In this document: in pieces, positions 1 to 10,151 of the stretch
Position numbering within the stretch: position 1 is the stretch's first letter
How the letters are laid out: each line of letters begins with the position of its first letter
Assembly: GCA_002256025.1 (NCBI GenBank)
Contig: NKIB01014512.1
Span: 1-42,843 of the forward strand
Length of the DNA: 42,843 bases
Direction: 5' to 3'
DNA from: Asterionella formosa
Lineage: Eukaryota
Notes under the pieces: model-generated
Databases searched by the model: none
Told to the model about the DNA's origin: nothing
Seen by the model: the letters and a program-made list of their open reading frames with translations, nothing else
Made by a program: the position numbers and the translations under genes

Positions 1-66
1 AGGAATTGTGAAAGATCAGCGCGTTGCTTTGGTTGATCAGATTGACGACCGAGCTGTCCATCAATC

Positions 67-1188
67 ATGAAGCTCCTTCCTCATTTGTCTCTCCTCCTCC
101 TCTCACTGTCGGCCACACGGGCCAAGAAATTCCTTTCCCTCTCCAACCTCTGGATCCAAGCTCGCCGGGTGGCCAATCTCTCACACACGTTCGGTTCGCC
201 GCATGTTACCGCACAAACGCCCTATGAGCGCATCGCTTCTCATCCCGTATTTCAAGTGACAACAAGTTGGGGCGCACCCTACATGAACTTTGAGAAGGTG
301 GACCGGGCGAATGACGACGCCAAAGTTGGGGCCGGCCAGGAGACCCGACCAGTGACTCTCTTTTACATGGACCCAGAAGATGCCGTACAGATGCATGAGG
401 AAATGAAGCAAATGGATCACATGAGTAAGAGTGACATTCGAATCACTGCCACAACGCTTGCCAAGGCGATTCGACAGGCTGCAAACTTTGGGGATGGACT
501 CCCCACTGGTTCTCCGATTGACCCTCTGACCGGGAAGCTTAAAAGTGCAAGTGAAGGAGGCTCTCTTCGTTACAAGATTGTTCCCAGTAAAAGACAGCTA
601 TACTATGCAGCAAGGTGCAAGGGAAGAGAGCGGGTGGGGTTGTTTGGAGCTTCCCCAACGGAAGATGCATTGCAAGTCTTGGAAGGAAGCGCGGCAATAA
701 ACGCTGCCAACCTGGCTCGTCGAATCAGCAAGTCCTCGCAAAAGACACCATCCCAGCAAAAGGTGGCTCATATGGAGGGGTACACTGGAATTCCAGTCTT
801 TTTCGCGCCAGAAATGCGTCGAAAATATCCGATTCATAAGCGATTGGTGTCTAGGGAACAAGAGATTCCACTATTCTTTTCATATGAGGATTTGATGCAG
901 GCCTGGGGGACCATGCGCACGAAAAGCAATGGTGTGGCTCCGGCGGAGCCGTCGGAGGTGGAAGTCTACAACTTGATGGATGTCTTAACGTCTATGGACC
1001 GCCAGCAATCCATGAAGCAACGGCCATTTTCTGCCAAAAATCTGTTCAGATCGGTGAAGAACGCAGTGATGTCATCAAAGACTGGATTGGAATGCATTAC
1101 TTTTGTTCCTCCTTCCAATTGTGTCGAATACAAAGAACGAGCATCTCGTGAAGGCAATGGCAAAGCTCGTCTTCGTCCCATGCGATAA
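67..1188 (+). CDS. Tic22-like plastid protein-import component, with N-terminal signal peptide
   Basis: Intronless 373-aa ORF. Tic22-type motif order: PVFQVTT..GAP, LFYMDPEDA, YKIVPS, GIPVFF, IPLFFSYEDL, VEVYNL, FVPPS. Hydrophobic N-terminus MKLLPHLSLLLLSLSATRA. Confidence 0.8.
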   Translation: MKLLPHLSLLLLSLSATRAKKFLSLSNLWIQARRVANLSHTFGSPHVTAQTPYERIASHPVFQVTTSWGAPYMNFEKVDRANDDAKVGAGQETRPVTLFYMDPEDAVQMHEEMKQMDHMSKSDIRITATTLAKAIRQAANFGDGLPTGSPIDPLTGKLKSASEGGSLRYKIVPSKRQLYYAARCKGRERVGLFGASPTEDALQVLEGSAAINAANLARRISKSSQKTPSQQKVAHMEGYTGIPVFFAPEMRRKYPIHKRLVSREQEIPLFFSYEDLMQAWGTMRTKSNGVAPAEPSEVEVYNLMDVLTSMDRQQSMKQRPFSAKNLFRSVKNAVMSSKTGLECITFVPPSNCVEYKERASREGNGKARLRPMR

Positions 1189-1338
1189 ACGCTGCAATTC
1201 AACATAGTAGGTAACATCATAGCTAAAGGTGTAGCATACTCGTTAGGTATGAGGTACTAATTTACAGCAAATCGCGATAAGTGTTAAGGGTTGACAGCTG
1301 GCCTTTGCCAGTTTACAAATCACGCATGATTAAACCAT

Positions 1339-3606
1339 CTACGCGACATTCTGGTGCGTTTTTTTGATAGAGTTCTGGGTTCGATCCTCGAAGATGATGT
1401 CAGCGGCCATAGACGCAATAACACAAATAGTGCTATGAGTGTTTCCGTTTGGAATATGAGGCATGACACTTGCATCCACGATACGTAGGCCAGATATGCC
1501 CCTCACATGCAAGCGGTCATCGACAACAGCCATGGGATCATCGGCTCGGCCCATTTTTGCCGATCCAACCCAATGACTATTGGGTAAGTGGTGCAGTCTG
1601 ATGTGCTGTTCCAAAGTATAACCTGTGACTTGAGCACCAGGTATCAGCTCTTCACCGGTCAACTTATTCAGAGGAGCATGATTCATAATGTTGCGAACTT
1701 CGTCCATTCCCCAGGCAAGGCGTTCAACATCCAAATCAGTGAGATATTCAGATGTATCAGCTGGAAGGGTGATCGAGGGTAACTGGTACTTGGAGTGCGA
1801 GCCTCCCTCGGTGTGCACATCTGCATTGTCTAACTCAAGATCAAGGTCCATACTTTCGGTAGAAGGACTCACTTCGTAACGAGCTTCAGGTTGCAACAGG
1901 GCAACTGTCACCAACATGGCACCTTCAGTCATTCTACCCCCATCAAACGGGATACCCTTATCTTGGGCAATTTTTCGTTCCAGCAAAGTTACATGCGGCT
2001 CAATCGATCGAGGGAAGACCGTCAACTGAATGTCAGGAACACCATTCACAGCCAATGGTGATGTCAAAAAGCCCCCAGCAGAGAATCCGGGTGTGGCAAA
2101 TGTTCCAAGATTGTTGGCCCATTCCTTCCGCTTATCAAAAGTTACATTCGTGACAGGATCGCGCAGCAAGTTTTGGAGAGATTCAACAGATAAAAAGTAG
2201 TCGTCCAAATCATTAGCAACTGTGTAAATAGAGGAGGCTTGCTCAGCTAGCTGGGGTGCTATCTCCCAACTCATTGCCACAACTGGATGATCCTGAAGGT
2301 TCTTTCCCACACCAGGAAGATCAACAACGTCTCCACCATCACTAATTCCTGAGTTAAAAAGTAGCTGCGGGGTCATAATTGCTCCGGCTGCCATAATGAT
2401 TTCGCCTTGTTCGTCGCAGAGCATTGCATGAAACGTACTGCCGCTGTCAGTGGCAATGTACTCAACTCCCAACGCTTTGGTAAAACCTTTTCTTTGTCCT
2501 GTGATGACTTTCGTTACCGTAGCTTTCGTTCGAATCACCAAATTACTAGGAGGTTGTCGATCTGAATTCCAACCGCCGAGGAAGGCTTCGGCGATTGAAT
2601 CTCTGACTCCATTTCGCACATTGAACTCATAATATCCAGCCCCGACCCGAGTAGAAGAATTAGGAGCATTGAAACCTCGTTTGGCCAGTGGCCAACCAGC
2701 AGCCAACATGGATTCAACAAAAACTGGAGCAATAGCATCTATCACAGGTCCGGCTGGAGAAGTTGTCACCGGACCATTTCGCCCCCGCCACGACATGTCG
2801 CCCTCGTCCTCACCCTCCCAGTATTTTGGATGGTCCCATAAATCAACATAAGTCTCGAGGTCTTTATAATGAGCCAGAGCTGTTTCGAACGTCCAACTCG
2901 TCATGTTCCATTTTTCAAAGTCTTCAGGAATCGATCTGACATAAATCATTGCATTGATCAACCCACATCCGCCCAAACCCCTAGCGATCAAAGTTTGTGG
3001 AACAGGCCAATGATGTAGCGAGCATGAGTTTTCCGAGAGCTGATCTTCTCTACCAAGATTGCTTGCGACACCACTCCACATAAGTGGTATGTCATATTTG
3101 TTTAGTTTCAGAGCTTTCGCATCCCAGCTCAAATCTCCAGATGTCGCGATGTCTGGATTCTGCAAAGTCGTCAGGACTGATGATTGACTAGCTGCACCAG
3201 ATTCTAGTAAGAGCACCTGATCAAGAGAACCTTCACGTTGCAGCTTTCTGGCAATCTTGGTTGCTACCAGGATCCCACTGGGCCCCCCGCCAACCACTAT
3301 AAACGCAAATTGATTGATTCCCGATCCCGTGATTCTTTTATCTGTTTGAAAGCTCCCGTTGGTGTCACCAGATCTAAAGGATCCCGACAAAACGACTACG
3401 CCCACCAGGGCGCACAAAGAAAATAGAAGTCGCATCCACCAATCTGATCTGGAATCTTTTGCGGTCGCGTCATTGGTGGTGGATGTCATGGGCTGGCGGT
3501 ACTTCTGTGTGTCAATGTTCTGCGAATATTCGTATGTATAGCCTTCATTTCGTAGCTCCGTTCCAAGAGCTCCATAGCCATGAACCAACCCGTTCCTAGT
3601 CGCCAT
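1339..3606 (-). CDS. GMC (glucose-methanol-choline) oxidoreductase with N-terminal membrane anchor
   Basis: FAD motif FIVVGGGPSG, ARGLGGCGLINAMIY, AAGAIMTPQLL.NSGI, VGKNLQDHP, catalytic HWVGSAKMG, LRIVDASVMP and GNT. TM segment LLFSLCALVGVVVL. Start placed at MATRNG (3606); the ORF is open to 3669. Confidence 0.93.
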   Translation of the reverse strand: MATRNGLVHGYGALGTELRNEGYTYEYSQNIDTQKYRQPMTSTTNDATAKDSRSDWWMRLLFSLCALVGVVVLSGSFRSGDTNGSFQTDKRITGSGINQFAFIVVGGGPSGILVATKIARKLQREGSLDQVLLLESGAASQSSVLTTLQNPDIATSGDLSWDAKALKLNKYDIPLMWSGVASNLGREDQLSENSCSLHHWPVPQTLIARGLGGCGLINAMIYVRSIPEDFEKWNMTSWTFETALAHYKDLETYVDLWDHPKYWEGEDEGDMSWRGRNGPVTTSPAGPVIDAIAPVFVESMLAAGWPLAKRGFNAPNSSTRVGAGYYEFNVRNGVRDSIAEAFLGGWNSDRQPPSNLVIRTKATVTKVITGQRKGFTKALGVEYIATDSGSTFHAMLCDEQGEIIMAAGAIMTPQLLFNSGISDGGDVVDLPGVGKNLQDHPVVAMSWEIAPQLAEQASSIYTVANDLDDYFLSVESLQNLLRDPVTNVTFDKRKEWANNLGTFATPGFSAGGFLTSPLAVNGVPDIQLTVFPRSIEPHVTLLERKIAQDKGIPFDGGRMTEGAMLVTVALLQPEARYEVSPSTESMDLDLELDNADVHTEGGSHSKYQLPSITLPADTSEYLTDLDVERLAWGMDEVRNIMNHAPLNKLTGEELIPGAQVTGYTLEQHIRLHHLPNSHWVGSAKMGRADDPMAVVDDRLHVRGISGLRIVDASVMPHIPNGNTHSTICVIASMAADIIFEDRTQNSIKKTHQNVA

Positions 3607-4004
3607 TTTCGGCTCGTTGGAAAAGAAAAATAGCGGCGATGGGAGTCCCAGTAAGCATGAAGAATACAAATGATAGACATCAGCCCTCCAAAATTAACGA
3701 AGCCTACCTTGATGGGTCTCGGTTCCTTCAAAACAGATTGTTCTAGCCGACAAAAGTATCGAGTGACGATACGACAGGAACCTGTATGCACTATAATGTA
3801 GGGTTAATTTATTTAGTCTGGATGTATTTATTCCGGTATGAATATGTATATAGTAATTGATACAATTAAGCCCCAACAACCACATCACTTAACGACAAAA
3901 TCATCCACCGTCAACCATCAGTCAATCACAGATTCACTGATGGTCGGAGTATCTGTGAATGTACCGTATCGCTATACCCGGTGGTACCAGGTACCAGAGG
4001 TATA

Positions 4005-4107
4005 CCAGCAATTTGCGGTCATTTTGCTTAAAGAAACAGTTTAATATGGGATAAAGATAGCTAAAGTTTTAGTTTCAGCACAATTACCCGGTACCGCAAC
4101 TTGCAGG
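4005..4107. mobile_element. ~103-bp MITE with CCWGCAAKTTGCGGT terminal inverted repeats, flanked by TA (Tc1/mariner-type)
   Basis: TA|CCAGCAATTTGCGGTCATTTTGCT ... AGCACAATTACCCGGTACCGCAACTTGCAGG|TA. The same TIR recurs at 33313 and, inverted, at 9830-9854. Confidence 0.7.
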
Positions 4108-4559
4108 TATGGTACCCTGGTAAGTAGATCCAGAAAGTAAACACAACTGTACCTGGTACCGGTGGTGCAGTCTACTGATACCGGTACTGGTTAATGTGTG
4201 TTTGTCTGTATAGATTTTATTTTCAATCTCAACGGTTTGATCATGACTACCGGTACCGGTACCGGTATGACAGCCGCTGACCGATTCATGAACCAGCTGA
4301 TGCAATGTCCCAGGCAAATGACTGATGTACAGGTGCCCGTATGCATCATAGAAGACAGCAAAACAAAATACTTGTACTGGTACCTGGTACCGGCAGTTCA
4401 TCCTATATATCGGTACCTGTACATGATACGATCCTCAATAGACCCGATAATGCAAACGAGACTCAGATCAACTTATCACAGATCACCAGAGAAAGCTTGT
4501 ATAGTTTTAACATGATAGCAGAATGGTTTACATTTATCTCTCTCTACATGTTGCATTCA

Positions 4560-5723
4560 TCAAGGGAGAACTTTTGGTTCCTCTGGTGGTCCAAGATCTT
4601 GTTCATCAGTTTCAATGTCTTCATCAACTGTATTCGGGTCATTAACATTAGCCCATTGTCCACGCCAACGCCCACCGTGACGGGTGCCTCCTTTGGGGTA
4701 GTCTCCAAACTCCTTGCTAAAATTCAAAGGATCAAAATTCTCTGTTTGAACAGATCCAAATACTTGCCAACGAGCGTATTTCGGAATCTTTCCAGACTTT
4801 TGCTCAGAATGCCAGAGCTTATCATAGGCAAATTTAATGGTCCAAGCTTCATCAAATGATTGCCCTGGGTAATCAAATGGGCATCCTTGGCTTGGACCAC
4901 ATCCAAGCTTGTTTGCAAGACTGACAATCCCACTATGCTTCCACGCCACGACAGCAACCTTACCGCACATTTCACCAGATGCTAGCTTACCAATAATGTC
5001 GTCAGCAAGACGAGAGACAGATTGGAAGCTTGAGTTGATAGTTAACCCGGCCTTGTCAGCCAAGGGAAGAACCGTCTCAACTTCCCTAAAATTGTGTTTC
5101 CTTGGGTTGTTTCTACCGATGGGGCTTTCGGCATAAATAAAGGATGGCTTGGGCCAACGTGCATTTCTGGAACCAAACAGTGTTGCCAGGAAAACAGAGC
5201 GCTCATAGCCAATGTACGAACAGTGCTCTCGTATGCTTGCCTTCTCGCAGTGACGAACAATGACAACTGTTCCTTCGCAGCCATCTGGTGCACTGTCGTA
5301 AACACCGTCGCTCAAGTCTACAACGCCCGATGAATCTGGTTCAATGGCAAGAAGGTAAGAATCTCGGTAGTCGTCAGCCATAGTTTGGGCACGATGGCGT
5401 TTCCATTTATTGGATCGTCCTAACAGAGGAATGTCGGGGAAACCAGTGTTTGGATCAAGCGGAAGGATGCGAAAGGATTGATCTCCTTCGTTTGGATTTC
5501 CCCAAGTCATTAACAAGAAAGCTAATTCAACGAGACAAACAAGCAATGCTCCATAGAGAACGAGCTTAACAAACCGACCGCTGCACTGAATTTTTGTGGC
5601 CAACGTTCTTGTATCGTCCTCGTGTTTTTCAATGGGAGCCTTGCAGATCAACGAAGTTGTCTCAGACGCAGGTATTCCTTGCTCTGAGATTGGTGAAAGT
5701 CCCGAACGTGAATTATAAAGCAT
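4560..5723 (-). CDS. Histidine phosphatase (phosphoglycerate mutase-like) superfamily protein, type II membrane
   Basis: VIVRHCEK (RHG-like), R-containing GYERS and REVET, and VAWKHSGI (second His). Single TM LVLYGALLVCLVELAFLLM. Confidence 0.75.
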   Translation of the reverse strand: MLYNSRSGLSPISEQGIPASETTSLICKAPIEKHEDDTRTLATKIQCSGRFVKLVLYGALLVCLVELAFLLMTWGNPNEGDQSFRILPLDPNTGFPDIPLLGRSNKWKRHRAQTMADDYRDSYLLAIEPDSSGVVDLSDGVYDSAPDGCEGTVVIVRHCEKASIREHCSYIGYERSVFLATLFGSRNARWPKPSFIYAESPIGRNNPRKHNFREVETVLPLADKAGLTINSSFQSVSRLADDIIGKLASGEMCGKVAVVAWKHSGIVSLANKLGCGPSQGCPFDYPGQSFDEAWTIKFAYDKLWHSEQKSGKIPKYARWQVFGSVQTENFDPLNFSKEFGDYPKGGTRHGGRWRGQWANVNDPNTVDEDIETDEQDLGPPEEPKVLP

Positions 5724-6656
5724 AGTGGCACGAATCTCTTTCGTGTTGCTTCAACAGTCACTGAAATTTGATAATTATGAAACAATGAGTAAGAGTGGAA
5801 TGCTGTGTTGTCGGCTTGTGGTTGAATCCATCACCACCCGGTAAAATGAGTGATGATTTCCTGTGATCATCAGTCGTCACTTTTTACACATAAAGCTCCA
5901 TCAGCATACCATCAGTTAGACTGTTGTTTGCTCGACATGCCAGGCTAGTAACCGGCATACATTTTGTTATACAAAATACATAGAGAGCATCATGACACTT
6001 CTCTATATGTGTGATACCCCCGGAACAACATACCGGTTTGCTGCACATGAATTTATATTCATACCTAGGGAGTTGTGGTAGAAGACGGTTCTTACCATGA
6101 GGAAAAAGTAGCTAAATTTCTCAATTCTCGCAACTTGCTTGGCACTCCGAGCACCAGGAAATGATGCTAACTACATCGTCACCATTCATACGTGTAAAAA
6201 AACAAAAAAACCGAAACTGCAAACATAAAGCCCTTTCTTTGCTGTCACACAGAAATAACGGAAACCCGGAAAATGGTGTGACATGCTGTTCCCAATACTT
6301 TGTACGCGCCAAATTATGTACCGGTAAACATGATGTCAACAAAAGCTCGAATGAAAGCTGGGAATGGAAGCATCTGGTAAAACTGTTACAAGGGTACCAG
6401 GAGTAATGTACTCCCAGCCCATTTCCGACCGAGCATTGCATTTGCGTTCTCAGAAATCCTTACTACATAGCAGAGGAGAGCATTGACGGAGCTAAGATTG
6501 TTGTCAAGCACGAGAAAAGAAATTGGGAGCCTGGTTTCGATGGGTTGGTGCAACTCGATGACAAAGGGTATTGAGTTGATGAACCTGGGTCAAGTCCAGG
6601 TGGCTTCAAAAATGCAATACACTGAGCATTTTTAGCCCAATTGATCCATGCGCAGA

Positions 6657-7525
6657 TCAATCCTGATTATTGGGCCAAGAAGGACCAATATCTGGAGATG
6701 ATTGAGTAGCCTTTAGTTGGTGAGCCGATTCATTGGGTGAAATTAACGGATCTGACGTCTCTGAGCGCGAAGGTCCAATCGAAGGTCCGATCATCTTTTG
6801 TCTTTTAGACTTAGTATTACATGGTTGGAAATCTGGCCCAAGTGGTCTTCGACTGGGCCCTGGTGGAGCTATTCTTCGCTTTTTGGTCGCTTGCCCTTGG
6901 ATAGCTCCCAATGCAAAACACTTTGTCTCGTACTCGCTCAATTGCTCCATAAAGACTGGTATTGGCTGCGCGTCAGGACGTGTCTCCCTTATACTTTTCA
7001 TTGCTTCATTTAAAGTCATCCCCTCCTTTCGCATTAGATAGAACGCGACACATGTCGTGGAGCGCGACACTCCTTGTTGGCAATGTACCAGAACACTCCC
7101 ATGACAGAGACCACTAGCAATGAACTTGACAGCCTCATCTGCGTGCGACAAAAGATCTGACGTTGGTGCATCATATACGCAAATTCGTTTGTAAACAAAT
7201 GTTTTGCTTGATTCAAAATAGTTGGGAACGCCAGCCTGAGCATTTTCGTTTATTTGAAAAAGCGACGAAACCAAAAACCATCTCACGAGGAGAAGGAAAA
7301 GAACGAAATAACAAGAGTAAGATCAAATGAACAATAGGAGGTTACACCCAACGAACATGGTAGGCCTACCTGAACGCCTGCCTCCTTCGGCGGTGTAACA
7401 TTCAAGATGTGAGTAATAGACTTTGCTCGTAACGAAGGTAGGTCTTTAGCATCAACCTTCCCCCCAAGATAGATGCTGTTTCTTCCACGTCCAGTAGCTT
7501 CTTCGGAACAGAAAACGAGGCTCAT
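6657..7525 (-). CDS. Dual-specificity protein phosphatase (2 exons: 7525-7370, 7235-6657)
   Basis: IYLGG, ITHILNVT, and catalytic VLVHCQQGVSRS followed by FMEQL. Phase-0 GT..AG intron 7369-7236 joins KEAGVQ/AGVPNYF. Confidence 0.92.
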
Positions 7526-8075
7526 GATGGCACAGTTTGATCTCAACGTTGCAATTGCCAACACAACGGATGTATATGCATTTATGCATTTTTGGCTCGT
7601 CGCCTTGTCACCACTGAGCGATGAGAAGGCGACAAGCCTTTCCTCATCCGAATAAAGCAATACCTGTAATAAATATATACCGGTAGGTAGACCAACCCGT
7701 ACGATATAGTATTACGTATAAACAGTAAACAGTAGACTATCAAATACGAATAGACTACCGGTATACTAAGGGGCGTTCTTATCATTTTTGATGGGTATCA
7801 TAACATATGAAAAAGTATCATGCAACGGCTTGTCGATTTAAACTGATACTATTCACTCTCCTCCACATCAAAAGACCCAATTTGTATCACCCAAAACTTT
7901 CGTATCCTCACGAAATTTCAACGGCTACTAAATAGGTAACTAGCTAGTATTGAAAACATATTGGAAATCCACGCATACGTACTTGATGAAATATACTGTT
8001 ATATAACCTAGTATTCATGTACTGCTAGATTGGTCTGCACCATAAATTATAAATATATATCAATCAATCATGGTG

Positions 8076-8770
8076 TCACTGCTCAACAATGAAGAGGACC
8101 ATCATTATCATCTGAGTACAGATGATGATTCCCTTTTCAATGGGACAACACCAGATTGAAGACCTGATCACACTTTCTCTCACATAATGCAATTTCCAAA
8201 TGTGCTTGGACAATCTCAAAACATGAAGAATCATAATCCTTACTTTCCAGTTCTTTCCATGCAAGGAGTTCGAGTCGAACAATACACTTTTCTAGAACAT
8301 CGAGATAAGCATTTTCAAGTCATGGTGGGGGTGCACATATAGACTATAGTACTAGTTGCTTGTAGCTAAGCAGCATTGGTCTTTTCAAATTAATCCAATG
8401 CATTCGCAATTTTGTCAACAGAGGATGATAGATAATGATGTCAATATTTCATGCCTTCCCATCTTTCTAACACTGAAGTTACTTGAAGATTTTGACAATG
8501 ATGTTGGAGCAGTATCAACACCTTCACGGAAATCAGTTTCAGTGCTCTCACAAAAGGCAACAATGGTACAATAAAAGTTTAACAAGTGAGGAACCTGACA
8601 CAACCAAAGATGGTAGTAAAATATGAACAAACAGGACCCAACAAAGTTGACAAAATCATCATGGCTTCCTGATTTCTTGTTGTTTCGATAAGCCACTTGA
8701 TAATGATGGTTAATGAACGCCATCGCCATCGAAAACTCTTTAGACGACAAGAAGAAATCATTTTTGTCTT
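8076..8770 (-). pseudogene. Degenerate coding-like fragment of unknown family in AT-rich repeat debris
   Basis: Protein-like stretches in shifting frames (e.g. LENAYLDVLEKCIVRLELLAWKELESKDYDSSCFEIVQAHLEIAL) broken by stops. Family not recognised. Confidence 0.3.
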
Positions 8771-8799
8771 TGCATAAACAGCATCAATTCCATTTTGAT

Positions 8800-9081
8800 C
8801 CCATTATTAATTTTCATAAAATGTTACTAGGAGGGTGCAGTCATCATTATCATCAATATATGTAATTAAAAATTTTTGGGCAAGGGATCAAAACTGTCGT
8901 GTTTCCTAGAATTGTATCAAAATTTCATGCTTAAGTTGATCCAATTATTAGTTTTCATAAAATGTTACTAGGAGGGTGCAGCCATCATTATCATCAATAT
9001 ATGTAATTAAAAATTTTCGGGCAAGGGAACAAAACTGTCGTGTTTCCTAGAATTGTATCAAAATTTCATGCTTAAGTTGAT
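8800..9081. repeat. Tandem duplication of a 141-bp unit (8800-8940, 8941-9081)
   Basis: Two near-identical copies of ...TTTTCATAAAATGTTACTAGGAGGGTGCAG...CATGCTTAAGTTGAT. Confidence 0.95.
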
Positions 9082-9531
9082 GCAATTTACCATTTACGCA
9101 TTTATTGGGACGTTTCAATGTATCTTTCAGGAAATATTCCAATTACCCACCAAAATGGAATAATTCCCAATGACCTCATTTCTAGCAAGGATCATGCCAA
9201 CTTGTTAAATGCTCGAAGGGGCATTCTATATTTCCTCTCAAATGCTTCCTTGTGATACACCTTGTTGACATGAGAATGCCATGATATTCTCTTATTTTCC
9301 CATTTTGGCCTTCCTTTTTGTTACTGTTTTCTAGCCACCAGAGCTAGATACTTGTTCATTAGTTCTTGAGAGTCTCCACTAAAACTTCGGTGAAACTCGA
9401 AAATGAAGTTTTACCTAATACCAGCCAGTATAACAAAAACACGATCAAACAACCCGGAAAATACAAACGATTGACTACCGGTAACACGGCGAAGTTTGCA
9501 TGTGCTTACCGGTATGTTACATTACCAGGTA

Positions 9532-9855
9532 CCAGAAACTTCCTGAGAGTCATAGGCATTTCCTGAAAGTCATATACTTTGCGTTCTCTCGTTTTTGCAA
9601 CTAGAAGAGTTCTGCNNNNNNNNNNNNNNNNNNNNNNNNNNNNNNNNNNNNNNNNNNNNNNNNNNNNNNNNNNNNNNNNNNNNNNNNNNNNNNNNNNNNN
9701 NNNNNNNNNNNNNNNNNNNNNNNNNNNNNNNNNNNNNNNNNNNNNNNNNNNNNNNNNNNNNNNNNNNNNNNNNNNNGTTCTCTTTTTATAAGATTGAATA
9801 AGCCCCTATCCGGCCACACGTTGTACGTTTCAGGAAAATGACCGCAACTTGCTGT
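9532..9855. mobile_element. Degenerate member of the CCWGCAAGTTGCGGTC-TIR MITE family spanning an assembly gap
   Basis: Right end TTTCAGGAAAATGACCGCAACTTGCTG. Left end TA|CCAGAAACTT..GTCAT..TTTCCTGAAA is a decayed inverted copy. Confidence 0.45.
9616..9776. other. Assembly gap (N run)
   Basis: 161 Ns. Confidence 1.
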
Positions 9856-10151
9856 TGCCCTGGTACCAGGTAGTACCACCAGGTACTGACTGTACCAAGT
9901 AGCACAGTATTGTCTTCCCCAGGACCATCATAGACGGAGTTCGCAGCCCACCACGCCAGGAGTGGGAGGGGTTTTGCAGCTCCACTGTGGTGTGTAGCTT
10001 CTGGTAGACTCTGGTACATTGCTTGCTACTCATCCGAATCACACCGAACACACTTTACTTACCTCGGAGCTTGACCAACAATCGAGGTCGCTCTATGCGA
10101 GATTTGATCATTGACAGAGACTTCTCGTTCTGAGCGTAGTTCGACTCAATC

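Noticed and set aside
4084..4515. ORFs rich in TGTGTG / YQVP / WYLVP (also ~9.8, 11.4-11.7, 30.1-30.4 and 36.7-37.1 kb)
   Set aside because: These are translations of the stop-poor TACC(W)GG palindrome arrays, not proteins.
6330..6620. Possible selenoprotein (TG|A across the donor at 6377) with a SECIS-like ATGAA-CCTGG..CCAGG hairpin
   Set aside because: No redox motif context; the stem is too short and lacks the 3' GA quartet.
6585..6650. Sm-site-like ATTTTTG plus hairpin on the minus strand (snRNA?)
   Set aside because: No U1/U2/U4/U5 sequence upstream; it lies in the phosphatase 3' UTR.
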